Of a DNA stretch of 64,000 nucleotides, positions 34,603-43,971 are shown in pieces. A program made the translations under genes and the position numbers. The DNA is from an uncultured delta proteobacterium (GTDB lineage Bacteria > Desulfobacterota > Desulfobacteria > Desulfobacterales > JAHEIW01): the NCBI GenBank assembly GCA_963706575.1, contig CAVPNL010000002.1, forward strand, positions 1 through 64,000, written 5' to 3'. The notes below the pieces were generated by a model. That model saw nothing but the letters and a program-made list of their open reading frames with translations. It was not told where the DNA came from and ran no database searches. Position 1 is the stretch's first letter. Each line of letters opens with the position of its first letter.

Positions 34603-36123
34603 ATGAACATATCGAATATCATCAAACAGCATGTGGACGAGCACCCAAACGAGACGGCGATTATTTTTGAAGAACTACGCCTGACCTATGGGGAACTTGA
34701 TCGGTTGATTAATCGGGTTGCCGGTGGACTGCTAAAAAGGGGTTTAATGCGCGGGGACGTGTTGTCGTTATTTTTGCCGAGTATTCCGGAGTTGATCATC
34801 GGTTATCTGGCGGCGGTTCGGGCGGGGCTGATAGTTAATGTGGTAAACGCCATGCTCAGGGAACAGGAGGTGGCCTATATTTTGAAGGATTGTGCCACCC
34901 GGGCCGTATTGGTGGATACGAAACGGCTGTCAATACTGGAAGCAATAAGGCCAGAGGTTGAATCCCTAAATTCGGTGATTGTGCTTGGAAAGTCGGGAAG
35001 CGATCAATATGACACCTATGAATCCGTGCTGGATTCGGGTAAAGACCAATTCGAACCTGTTGACTTCCAAGACGGGGACCTGTGTCATCTGATGTACACA
35101 TCGGGTACTACCGGCCGGCCTAAAGGCGTTATGGCCACCCATCGAAATGTCTGGCACAACGCCACCCATTTTGGGAACGTTCACTTTCAAGCAACGGACA
35201 CCATCATGGTGGCCACGCCAATCTTTCATTGCTGGGGTCTGGTCAACGGAACCTTTGGGATGCTGTCTAAAGGGGGAACCGTGATCACGGTGGAGCGGTT
35301 TTATCCTGATCGGGCCTTAAACGATATTGAACGCCTTAAACCAACGATTTTTCAAGGTGTGCCGCCCATGTTCAACCTGTTGCTTCGGCAGCCGGAATTG
35401 GACAAGCGCGAGATCTCCTCGGTCGTCTTTTGTCTTTCAGCAGCCACCAAGATGCCGGAAAATTTGATTCATCAAGTAGAACAACGGCTCAACTGGCGTT
35501 ATGCGGAGGCCTGGGGCCTTACCGAGGTCTCTTGCGTGGGCACGACCGCACCTTATAAAGACACCCGCATCGGTTCCTGCGGCAGGGGCATGGACGATGG
35601 CGAGATCAAGGTGGTGGATGAGCAAGGTGCTATTTTACCCGTCGGACAACAGGGAGAATTGTGTATTCGCGGGACTTGCGTGACGAAAGGGTATCTTAAC
35701 AAACCGGAAGCCACAAAAGAGGCTTTCGATACCGAAGGCTGGTTTCATTCCGGTGACGTCGCCTACATGGACACAGAGGGTTACGCTTACATTGTGGACC
35801 GCAAAAAGGATATGATCAATGTGGGCGGTGAGAAGGTGTTCCCGTCAGAGGTCGAGGACATGATGTTATCCCACGCCAAGATTAAGGATCTGGTGATTGT
35901 GGGCATCCCCGACGATCTTAAAGGCGAAGCGCCCAAGGCCTTCATCGTGCTTCGAGAGGGAGAAGCCGCCACGGAAGAGGAAATTCGAGCACATTGTAAA
36001 GAAAAAATGGCCCCTTACAAAGTGCCGGTGGCGGTTGAATTTATTGAGGAGGTGCCGCGCGCTGCATCGGGCAAGGCCCTGAGGCGATTGCTGCGGGACA
36101 AAGAGTGGGGCAAATGCGATTAA
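34603..36123 (+). CDS. Acyl-CoA synthetase (AMP-forming)
   Basis: MYTSGTTGRPKGV, AWGLTE, GWFHSGD, DRKKDMINVGGEKV, PRAASGK; intact ORF. Confidence 0.92.
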   Translation: MNISNIIKQHVDEHPNETAIIFEELRLTYGELDRLINRVAGGLLKRGLMRGDVLSLFLPSIPELIIGYLAAVRAGLIVNVVNAMLREQEVAYILKDCATRAVLVDTKRLSILEAIRPEVESLNSVIVLGKSGSDQYDTYESVLDSGKDQFEPVDFQDGDLCHLMYTSGTTGRPKGVMATHRNVWHNATHFGNVHFQATDTIMVATPIFHCWGLVNGTFGMLSKGGTVITVERFYPDRALNDIERLKPTIFQGVPPMFNLLLRQPELDKREISSVVFCLSAATKMPENLIHQVEQRLNWRYAEAWGLTEVSCVGTTAPYKDTRIGSCGRGMDDGEIKVVDEQGAILPVGQQGELCIRGTCVTKGYLNKPEATKEAFDTEGWFHSGDVAYMDTEGYAYIVDRKKDMINVGGEKVFPSEVEDMMLSHAKIKDLVIVGIPDDLKGEAPKAFIVLREGEAATEEEIRAHCKEKMAPYKVPVAVEFIEEVPRAASGKALRRLLRDKEWGKCD

Positions 36124-36135
36124 AACCAAATTGCT

Positions 36136-36282
36136 TAGAAGTGGTTTCAAAATCTCAGATCAGGTTCAAGGGCAAGGCGCAGGCCGATCGAGAAAGCGCA
36201 GCATACATGGGGTATGTGAGCATTTATCGGAGGTCTGCAACGCAGCCATTGGGCCTTAGATGAGGGTTTGAAACCACTTCTA
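36136..36282 (+). mobile_element. ~147 bp MITE-like element, copy 1
   Basis: Terminal inverted repeats TAGAAGTGGTTTCAAA / TTTGAAACCACTTCTA; core shared with 50232..50377. Confidence 0.8.
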
Positions 36283-36298
36283 GAGGGAGGGAACTGCG

Positions 36299-37120
36299 AT
36301 GAAAAAGGTATTGACCAGTCTCGAGGAGGCGGCCAGGCTTGTTCAGGACGGCGACCTGGTAACCTTCGGCGGGGCGACCTTCCACCGGGCTCCGATGGAG
36401 TTTGTGCGGGAGCTGGTGCGCCAGGGGAAAAAAGAGCTGAATCTGATAGACCGCGAACCGGCCATGGACTTTGATCTGCTCATCGGTGCCGGCTGCGTTG
36501 CCAAAGTGCGCACCGGCATGCTGGCCTTTGAGGTCTTTGGAATGGCCCCCAATTTTCGCAAAAAGTCGGAGAAAGGTGAAATCGTCACGAAAGAAGGGGC
36601 CTGCCAGCCGATCATTGCCGGATTTCGTGCTGCCGCGATGGGCCTGCCGTCGCTACCCGTGAAAGGGATGCTGGGCTCCGATCTGCTGACGATCAGCGAG
36701 GTGGTCGGCAGCCAGACAGAGATTAAGGACCCTTTCACCGGCGAAACGATGATTGCCGTCCGGGCCATTGAACCGGATATTGCGATTATTCACGCCCAAA
36801 AGGCGGACGAATACGGCAACATAAGGATCGAGGGGCCTTTTTATGAAGACGTCATCAAAGCCAAGGCGGCCAAAAAAGTGGTGGTAACCGTCGAAGAGCT
36901 GATTTCCAACCGTGATATCAGAAAAATGCCGCAGGCCACAACCATACCGCACTTTATTGTGGATGCCGTCGTGGAAACGCCTAAAGGCGCCTATCCGTGC
37001 TCCTGCTTTAATTATTATGATGCGGACTATGATCACATCAAGGCATACCTCAAGGCAGCAGCTCAGGATCAATTTGAACAATATTTGGATAACAACGTCT
37101 ACAGGAGGGCAAGTGCATGA
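36299..37120 (+). CDS. Family I CoA-transferase subunit A (GctA/CatI-like)
   Basis: VQDGD..FGG..RAPM, DLLIGAG, AAAMGLP, PDIAIIHAQKADEYGN, P.GAYPCS. Confidence 0.88.
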   Translation: MKKVLTSLEEAARLVQDGDLVTFGGATFHRAPMEFVRELVRQGKKELNLIDREPAMDFDLLIGAGCVAKVRTGMLAFEVFGMAPNFRKKSEKGEIVTKEGACQPIIAGFRAAAMGLPSLPVKGMLGSDLLTISEVVGSQTEIKDPFTGETMIAVRAIEPDIAIIHAQKADEYGNIRIEGPFYEDVIKAKAAKKVVVTVEELISNRDIRKMPQATTIPHFIVDAVVETPKGAYPCSCFNYYDADYDHIKAYLKAAAQDQFEQYLDNNVYRRASA

Positions 37121-37878
37121 ATGCAAGGATCGAGACACCGGATTTGATGATCTATGCCATGGCCTTGGAGATCGAGAATTTCAACACCGTGCTTCATGGG
37201 GTTTCTTCACCCCTGCCGGTTCTGGCCATGAGCGTAGCGCGCAAAACCCACGCACCGGATATGGCCTATATTTCAGGAGCAGAGGGAGTCGACCCTGAGA
37301 TTGACCGGATTTACCCATCATCCTTCGATCCGCGTTTGAATCGGAATGCAGTGGCTTACTTCGGGCTGCACGAGGCATTTGACCTGGCCCAGCGGGGTGA
37401 GCTCGATGTTATGTTTTTGGGGGCGGCTCAGGTCGACTGTAATGGCAATACCAATCTCAGCCTCATCGGAGATGTTGAGCGGCCCAAAGTTCAACTGCCG
37501 GGCGGGGCGGCTTCGGCCTTTTTGATGCCCATCACGCCAAAGGTTGTGGTCTGGGTCACGCGGCATTCCAACAGGGTTTTTGTTGAGGAAGTGGATTTTG
37601 TGACCGGCCAAGGCTATAATCATCGTTCTGAGGAGTATAAAGTAAATGAGATTGTGGTCATATCCAATCTGGCCGTGATGAACTTTAAAAATCCGGAGAG
37701 GGCGATGCAGATTCAGTATTATCATCCGGGCCACACGATTGAGGAGATCAAGGATAGCACCGGCTTTGATCTTCGGGTGGCGCCGGATGCATCGGAAACC
37801 CCGGCCCCAACTCAGGATATCCTTGACTTCATTGCGGAAATTGACCGGGACGGTGTACGACTGAGCGAATTCCATTAA
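37117..37878 (+). CDS. Family I CoA-transferase subunit B (GctB/CatJ-like)
   Basis: ARKTHAP, DVMFLGAAQVD.NGNTN, LPGGAA, FVEEVDFVT, STGFDL; ATGA overlap with subunit A. Confidence 0.88.
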   Translation: MNARIETPDLMIYAMALEIENFNTVLHGVSSPLPVLAMSVARKTHAPDMAYISGAEGVDPEIDRIYPSSFDPRLNRNAVAYFGLHEAFDLAQRGELDVMFLGAAQVDCNGNTNLSLIGDVERPKVQLPGGAASAFLMPITPKVVVWVTRHSNRVFVEEVDFVTGQGYNHRSEEYKVNEIVVISNLAVMNFKNPERAMQIQYYHPGHTIEEIKDSTGFDLRVAPDASETPAPTQDILDFIAEIDRDGVRLSEFH

Positions 37879-37924
37879 AGCGTAAGTTTTGGGCAGGAAA
37901 CATCCGCATCAAGGAGAATTATCA

Positions 37925-38968
37925 ATGGCGACAACCACCGGCAGGCAAAGAGTTTCCGCAGCTTTTAAAAAGACCTTTACTGATGCGGACATAAAACTTG
38001 ATCGAATCCCCGCTTATCCCATCCTGGGCGCCCATAACGCCCAGCTTATTGGCGCCTCCATCAGGGAGTTTCTGCTGGATCCCAAAATCTTTGTAAAAGC
38101 CCAGGTAGCAGCATATGAGCGCTACCGGCCGGATATCATCGTTATGGAGAGGGATCTGCTCATGGATGTTGAAGCCATGGGCAATGAACTCAAATTTCCC
38201 GCGGACAGTATGTGCATATCTACCAAGGTGGCGCTTGAAGATAAGGGAAAATTGAGCAGCCTTAAACTTGCAGATCCAACAAAAGACGGCCGCATCCCGG
38301 ATTATATGGAAAGCCTGGCTGAAACCAAAAAGATCATCACCGATGCGATCGTCTCTGCCGTGATTGCCGGTCCCTGGACCGTTGCCATCGGACTCAGAGA
38401 GGCAGAGCCGCTGCTGCGGGATGCAATCAAAGATCCGGATTACATTCATGAACTCATGGCGTTTTGCACTCAGGAGTCCATCCGGTTCGGCGAAGCGGTG
38501 TGTCCCCTTAAGGTGGGGCTCAGCTTTTCCGAAGCCCCGGCCTCATGCAGCCTGATTTCTCCAAAGATATACCGGGAATTCATCTTTCCCTATCATAAAC
38601 GGATCGCGGATCATTTTAAGGAAAAAAAAGTCGGAACGGGCCTTCATATTTGCGGATATGCGGATCCGATTATAGAAGACATGGTTAATACGGGGATGAC
38701 GAACCTGAGCATCGATGCACCTTCGGATCTGGCCAGGGCGATAGCGTTAACCCGGGGCAAGGCTGTGCTCATCGGCAATATCAACACCAATCTTTTCTTT
38801 TCCGGGACCAGACGGGACATGGAGCGGGCGATAAAAAATTGTATTGAGATTGCGCCCGATGACAGCGGATATATCCTGTCCAGCGGTTGCGAAGTGCCCG
38901 GTATCGCCCCGCCGGAAAAGGTGGCATGGTTTATGGAAATCGTCAACGAGCTTTGCGTGAAAGACTAA
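37925..38968 (+). CDS. MtaA/CmuA (URO-D fold) methylcobamide:thiol methyltransferase-like protein
   Basis: EAMG, DGRIP, GPWTVA, ISPKIYREF, LHICG (HxC) and SSGCEV (third Zn ligand); AGGAG RBS. Confidence 0.8.
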   Translation: MATTTGRQRVSAAFKKTFTDADIKLDRIPAYPILGAHNAQLIGASIREFLLDPKIFVKAQVAAYERYRPDIIVMERDLLMDVEAMGNELKFPADSMCISTKVALEDKGKLSSLKLADPTKDGRIPDYMESLAETKKIITDAIVSAVIAGPWTVAIGLREAEPLLRDAIKDPDYIHELMAFCTQESIRFGEAVCPLKVGLSFSEAPASCSLISPKIYREFIFPYHKRIADHFKEKKVGTGLHICGYADPIIEDMVNTGMTNLSIDAPSDLARAIALTRGKAVLIGNINTNLFFSGTRRDMERAIKNCIEIAPDDSGYILSSGCEVPGIAPPEKVAWFMEIVNELCVKD

Positions 38969-38996
38969 GCAGTGGGTGCAGATAGGTCGGAATCTT

Positions 38997-40427
38997 CTAT
39001 TTTTCCGGTTTGCGGTGGACGGCGATCATGGTAATGTCGTCAAATTGGGGCGCATTGTCGATGTGATCGAACAGATCGGTCTGGATTCTTTCGATCAATT
39101 CTGTCGCCGATGAGGCCCGAACTTCCAGAAGCGCACGAAATTTTTCTTTAGAATACAGGGTTTGACGGGGGGAAAGGGCTTCAGTCACCCCGTCGGTATA
39201 ACCGATCAGAATGTCGCCCGGTTCAAGTTGCGATTGTTGGATTTTAAATTCCGCACCGGTGATGATGCCGACAACGGGACCTGCAGCACTCAACGTCTCT
39301 TTGATTCCGGACTGTCCAATAATAAAAAGCGGCTCATGTCCGCCATTGATATAAGCGATGTTCGCCGGTAACCGGATTGAGGATCCCAAAAAAGAGGGTG
39401 GCAAACATGGTCTCATGGCCGTGTTCCAATGAGATATAATCATTGGTCAGGGGTACGGCCTGCAGCATGCGGAATATATCGACCTCCACGGTGCTCTTTT
39501 CCGCTGGGGCGGATTGGCCGGCTGACCACCCCGCCAGGCTGATCTGCCCGGAAAAAACCCGCATCAGGCTGCGAAACAGCGCCATGTACAAGAGCTGATC
39601 CCACGCCTTTATCGCATACGTCCGCGATCACCAGTCCCAATGTAATTCCCCGGCAGCATGAATGCATCATAAAAATCCCCGGAAACCTGGCGCGCCGGAT
39701 AAAATGAGGTTTCGATTTCCCATCCCGGAATCTGGGGTATTTTATTTGGCAAAAAATCCCTTTGGATTTTTTTGCCCTTTTCAAGCTCTGCATTCAGTGC
39801 TTGCGAGTAGTTTTCAACTTCTGCTTTCGCCGTTCGAGGGAATAATACGATTTTTCGAGTTTGGCATAAAGGCGCGCATTTTCCAAAGCAATCGCAATTT
39901 GTCCGGCGGTCATTTCCATCAAATCGGCGGTTTCCTGGCTGAAATGACCGGTGCGCGCGTGCAACAGGGTGAGCAGACCCAGAAGCTTTTCATCCCGCAG
40001 AATCGGCACTGCCAGTGCGGAACGGACCGTATAGGGCTGGTCCGGGAGGTCCAGCCAGCGATCGTCCGTTTGGGTGTCTTCAATTAAGCCGACCTGGCGA
40101 TGGCGTCTGATCCAGCCGGCCAGACCTTTGTCTAAAACTCGGCCGATGAGTTGAGAGCGTTGTTCCGGTGTTGCATCGGCGCGGGTCAGAATGCTCTCGA
40201 TTACCACACCATTGCGATCGAGCAGAAAAAGGGAGTCCTTTTTCTGCCCCTGTTAGATCCACAAAGACTTCCAGCGTTTGCTGTAGAATTGAAATCAGTT
40301 TTTCTTCTTTACCGGTAGATCGTGCCAGTGAAACAAAATTTTCAAGCAGTTTGCTCTGGGCTTGAAATGCTGCTTTTTCACTTTTTAATTGCGCCAGCTC
40401 TTTTTTAAGCGTCTTGAGTTCCTGCAA
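38997..40427 (-). CDS. GAF + PP2C (SpoIIE/RsbU-like) phosphatase, frameshifted
   Basis: GAF (ALAVPI, AIALENARLY), IADVCDKGVGSA, MFATLF, NGGHEP, YTDGVTEA, QFDDIT. Confidence 0.88.
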
Positions 40428-40830
40428 TTTGATCTACCTCCCATAAGAGAGTTTTGATTGTGGGGCAGGACAAATCGTCATCTTGGCCATTTGGAATTGT
40501 AAAAAAAATGTTTGACTGTCGCTGTGCCGAATGGGTATAAACGCATTACTTGGGTCAAAGCATACATCAGTTGAGCAGACAATACAACTTTACTTTAGAA
40601 GCCGATTTACCTGCCAGGTCTCAGATTTCACACAGCCTTGATAATCACTTCTATAGTTTTTTATCCAAGCGGCCGCTCTTTTTTTAGCATATCATGTGCC
40701 CAAGCAGTTTCTTCCCGATTATCAAACTTTGCGGCTTTCAGCGCAATGAATATCATAATCAATCATAAGCCAGGTTGGTTTGCGTTAAATTTAAGTCGGC
40801 GTAAATGTCCAACAGCAAAGGAGGTCTTCG

Positions 40831-41256
40831 ATGTTTAACCAAATTCTTATGGCGTTAAAATTTGGTGCGGCATCTGAGTTTGCGCTGGTCAAAGGTATTG
40901 AACTGGCCCGGGTACATGATGCCGAACTGCATATTTTTCACGCCCTGGATTTTACCTTAAACGAACTGGAAGAAGACGATCCGAAGCGGGTTAAAGTGGT
41001 TGAAGATGCGCAACAGCAGTACGCTGCCAAAATAAAACCGTTGCTGGCAGATTTTGAAAAAGGATCCTTTATCTGTTTGCCGGCTGATCCGGCCATGAAA
41101 ACCTGTAAGATGGCCCGGGAACTGAATGTGGACCTGATTATTTTGGGCTGTCACCAGCTTCCGGAGAAAATGTGCCTCGGCCGGGTCGACTATATCGGCA
41201 TGACCATTCTCGAAAAAGCGCCGTGTCCGGTGCTGCTGGTTCCACTGTGTGAATAG
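40831..41256 (+). CDS. Universal stress protein
   Basis: MFNQIL, LHIFHA, DLIILG, APCPVLLVP. Confidence 0.85.
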   Translation: MFNQILMALKFGAASEFALVKGIELARVHDAELHIFHALDFTLNELEEDDPKRVKVVEDAQQQYAAKIKPLLADFEKGSFICLPADPAMKTCKMARELNVDLIILGCHQLPEKMCLGRVDYIGMTILEKAPCPVLLVPLCE

Positions 41257-41343
41257 AACCCATAAAATATCAGGTTGTTTGGGGAGGGGGATCAATCGTA
41301 ACTGGAATTAGGATTTAGCGACTCTTACTGGTGCGGGGAAATC

Positions 41344-41994
41344 TCATTGTTCTGTCTTTTCGGTGTCAAGCGGCGGGTTGAGTATTTTTCTTAAATTTTT
41401 AAGTGAGTGAATCGTCGTGTCGCGAGTGCCGGAATTGGAAAGATAATTTGCAAATGGACCGGCGGCATTGGTGCGATTAATAAATGTAATGCGGGTACGG
41501 CCAGCAGATATTCGTTCAAGAATCCATTGATGCTCGGAGTCAGTGATTCGCACACATTGTTTTCTCAATGGAATGAAGGGCGTTCTTAATGCGATACTGT
41601 GGATAATCACTTTTTCCGACGCATAATCAATAGTGACTTCAGTCTTATACACGACATCCCGGTCTGAAAACGGCCACGGGGTGTCGATGGTCACATAAAG
41701 GAAAAATTGAAAATCGGATGAATTTTGGGCGGGCATTTTTTTGGCTTCAATGCATTTAAAAAACCATCGGGGATAGGAATCAATATCAGACAAAAAAAAT
41801 CCGACTGTCTCCAGGGACCGGCTAACAATACAAACCCCCTTAAATTGCTTTTCTGAATCCCCGTTCACTTCTCTGGCATACAAGGTAATATCGTCATTAT
41901 CAACGATGAATTCCCACTCGCCGCCAGCAACTGAAATTGTCGGCAAAACCATGATTATCAAAATAATGGTTATGTGCTTAAATGTGTTTTTCAT
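41344..41994 (-). CDS. Secreted START-domain lipid-binding protein
   Basis: Signal peptide, WEF..DDITLY, YPRW, PWPFSDRD. Confidence 0.8.
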   Translation of the reverse strand: MKNTFKHITIILIIMVLPTISVAGGEWEFIVDNDDITLYAREVNGDSEKQFKGVCIVSRSLETVGFFLSDIDSYPRWFFKCIEAKKMPAQNSSDFQFFLYVTIDTPWPFSDRDVVYKTEVTIDYASEKVIIHSIALRTPFIPLRKQCVRITDSEHQWILERISAGRTRITFINRTNAAGPFANYLSNSGTRDTTIHSLKNLRKILNPPLDTEKTEQ

Positions 41995-42000
41995 TTAAAA

Positions 42001-42505
42001 TTAAAAAGGCCAGAAGCTCTGATCATACCAGATGTCTTCCGTTAGTTCCCTGTCAATATCAGCCAGAAAATTCAGATGCTGCGTCTCCCATTTTGCCAGC
42101 CAGTTGTAAAGTGCTTTTTCATTTGGATCGGTGGCGGCGGCAGCACGATCGGAATACAGTTTTATGGCGCTTTCTTCCATGGACATCGCCGCCGATATGG
42201 CAGCCGCTTCATAATCGGCTGCGGAAATTTCGGATTTAATTTCCTTTGAAAGGACCTGGCTGTCGATACCGGGTTCATGCTGGTCGTCAAATTGGTCGTC
42301 ATTGAATTGCTTATTGTCCTGATAGGCTTTAAATTGTTCGGAAAGGATTCGGATATGATTTTCCTCCTCAGCGGCCATCGTTTCGAAAAAATCGTTTAAC
42401 AGCTTCAGCGGATGCCTGCTGGGCCACTTTTTCATAAAAGGCCTGTCCTCTTTTTTCCATCAGAATTGCACTCTTTAAAATATCAGTCGTTTTGTCGTCA
42501 GCCAT
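42001..42505 (-). CDS. Ferritin-like / rubrerythrin-family protein, frameshifted
   Basis: AILMEKRGQAFY, EEENH, AMSMEESAIKLY, WETQH, FWPF. Confidence 0.85.
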
Positions 42506-42506
42506 A

Positions 42507-43487
42507 TTATTCCTCCATTTTTCCGCATATTTGATCGAATAGCCTGATAATCATGTTTTCATACCAGCTTTGCAGTTTAAATCCGGTAATGAACCCATTG
42601 TGTCCCCCATGGGGATGAATGACCAATCGGATGTGTTTATTGAGTTTAAGATCATAAAAATCTTCTATCGGAATGATCGGATCATCTTGAGCCGTAACAA
42701 TGGTTGTCGGGGTATGAATATCCGCAATTGCCGGCCCCATTACCGCATAGGCATCGAAGTAATCTTGCGCTGTTGGGAAATCGCTGTATTTTTCAAGCAA
42801 CGCATCGGTTAACGCCTGAATCGTTTTCACTCCCATTACGTCTCCAAAATCGTACAGGTCCGGAAATAAAGCTTGCTTTTTTGTCAAAGAGCGCCGCCAT
42901 TTCGCCAGGAAATATTTTCTGATAAAAGCGATCTGATCGATTTTTGTTGTCGATTTTTGCGGATTCAACACCGGGCTGATGCTCACCGCATGACACAGAT
43001 TTTTAATGGGAACATTGACACATTTTTTTAAAATGCGCAAAACGAAATTGCCCCCTAATGAAAATCCAATCAGAAAGACCGGGCGGCCGCTGGAGAAAGC
43101 GGCCGCCTGCACGACCGCCTGATAAACTTCTTCTAAAAGAACCGCATAGAAAATACCTTTATTGAGATGGTGACTGTCTCCATGGTCTCTAAAATTTAAT
43201 CTGAAAATGTCATAGCCATTGGCATACAGGCTTCTGCCGCAGCGTAATAGGTAAGTTGAGTCTGCGCTGCCCTCCCAGCCGTGCAGCAGAATCGCCAGAC
43301 CTTTTGCCTGACCGTCATTTTGAACGGAATGATAGCCCAGCAGTTTAATGCCCTCGGCAGTTTCGATAATTTCTTTGCGAGCCACATCCCGCATGGTATT
43401 GGTTCCCAGCGTGCGGAGCTTGCTGCTGGCCAGGACCGTCTGTATGTGGGCATTTTTTAAAAAAAACGGTGGCTGAAATCCATCCAA
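42507..43487 (-). CDS. YheT-family alpha/beta hydrolase
   Basis: NAHIQT, LHGWEGS, NFRDHG, GFSLGGN, DDPII, GGHNGF. Confidence 0.88.
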   Translation of the reverse strand: MDGFQPPFFLKNAHIQTVLASSKLRTLGTNTMRDVARKEIIETAEGIKLLGYHSVQNDGQAKGLAILLHGWEGSADSTYLLRCGRSLYANGYDIFRLNFRDHGDSHHLNKGIFYAVLLEEVYQAVVQAAAFSSGRPVFLIGFSLGGNFVLRILKKCVNVPIKNLCHAVSISPVLNPQKSTTKIDQIAFIRKYFLAKWRRSLTKKQALFPDLYDFGDVMGVKTIQALTDALLEKYSDFPTAQDYFDAYAVMGPAIADIHTPTTIVTAQDDPIIPIEDFYDLKLNKHIRLVIHPHGGHNGFITGFKLQSWYENMIIRLFDQICGKMEE

Positions 43488-43567
43488 CGGTCTGCATGGT
43501 CAATTCCTATAGCTCTCAAAATTAGCAGTTCATCTTGGAAGACAGATAAAAAAGTCCCAACGGTGCT

Positions 43568-43727
43568 CTAAAGTTAGAAGTGCCTAAAATGCCTAAAATG
43601 AGCTAAAATGTCTAAAGTTATAGAGTCGCTGCGCTCCATCTTTTATTATAAAGATGCTCGTACTGAGGCTCTGACGAAATTCCTCAATTTTAGGCATTTT
43701 AGATCATTTTTAATTTTAGATCATTTT
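43568..43727. repeat. Inverted CTAAAATG / CATTTTAG short-unit element
   Basis: Five ctaaa(a/g)t units, spacer with gagtcgctgcgctc, then several (a)ttttag units. Confidence 0.7.
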
Positions 43728-43969
43728 ATTTTTGCGCCTCTTGATAGAAAGTTAGCCCCCAGATTCCGGTGTTCATATCATGGCGGATGATATAGATCCC
43801 TTCATCGTTGCCCCAGTATTTTAAAATAGCGGTGATCCGGATCCAGCCAGCGATCGAGCACTTTTTTGACTTCAATTTTGCGAGACTGAAACCAGATGAT
43901 ACGCGGTGTTTCTTCTCCCCGATATCCCGCGTAACATTCCACTTTAATTTCGATGATTGGTGCTTTCAC
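43726..43969 (-). CDS. Small hypothetical protein, frameshifted
   Basis: IKVECYAGYRGEETPR..DRWLDPDHRYFK, continuing GIYIIRHD..W.LTFY; abuts the upstream gene. Confidence 0.6.
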
Positions 43970-43971
43970 TT

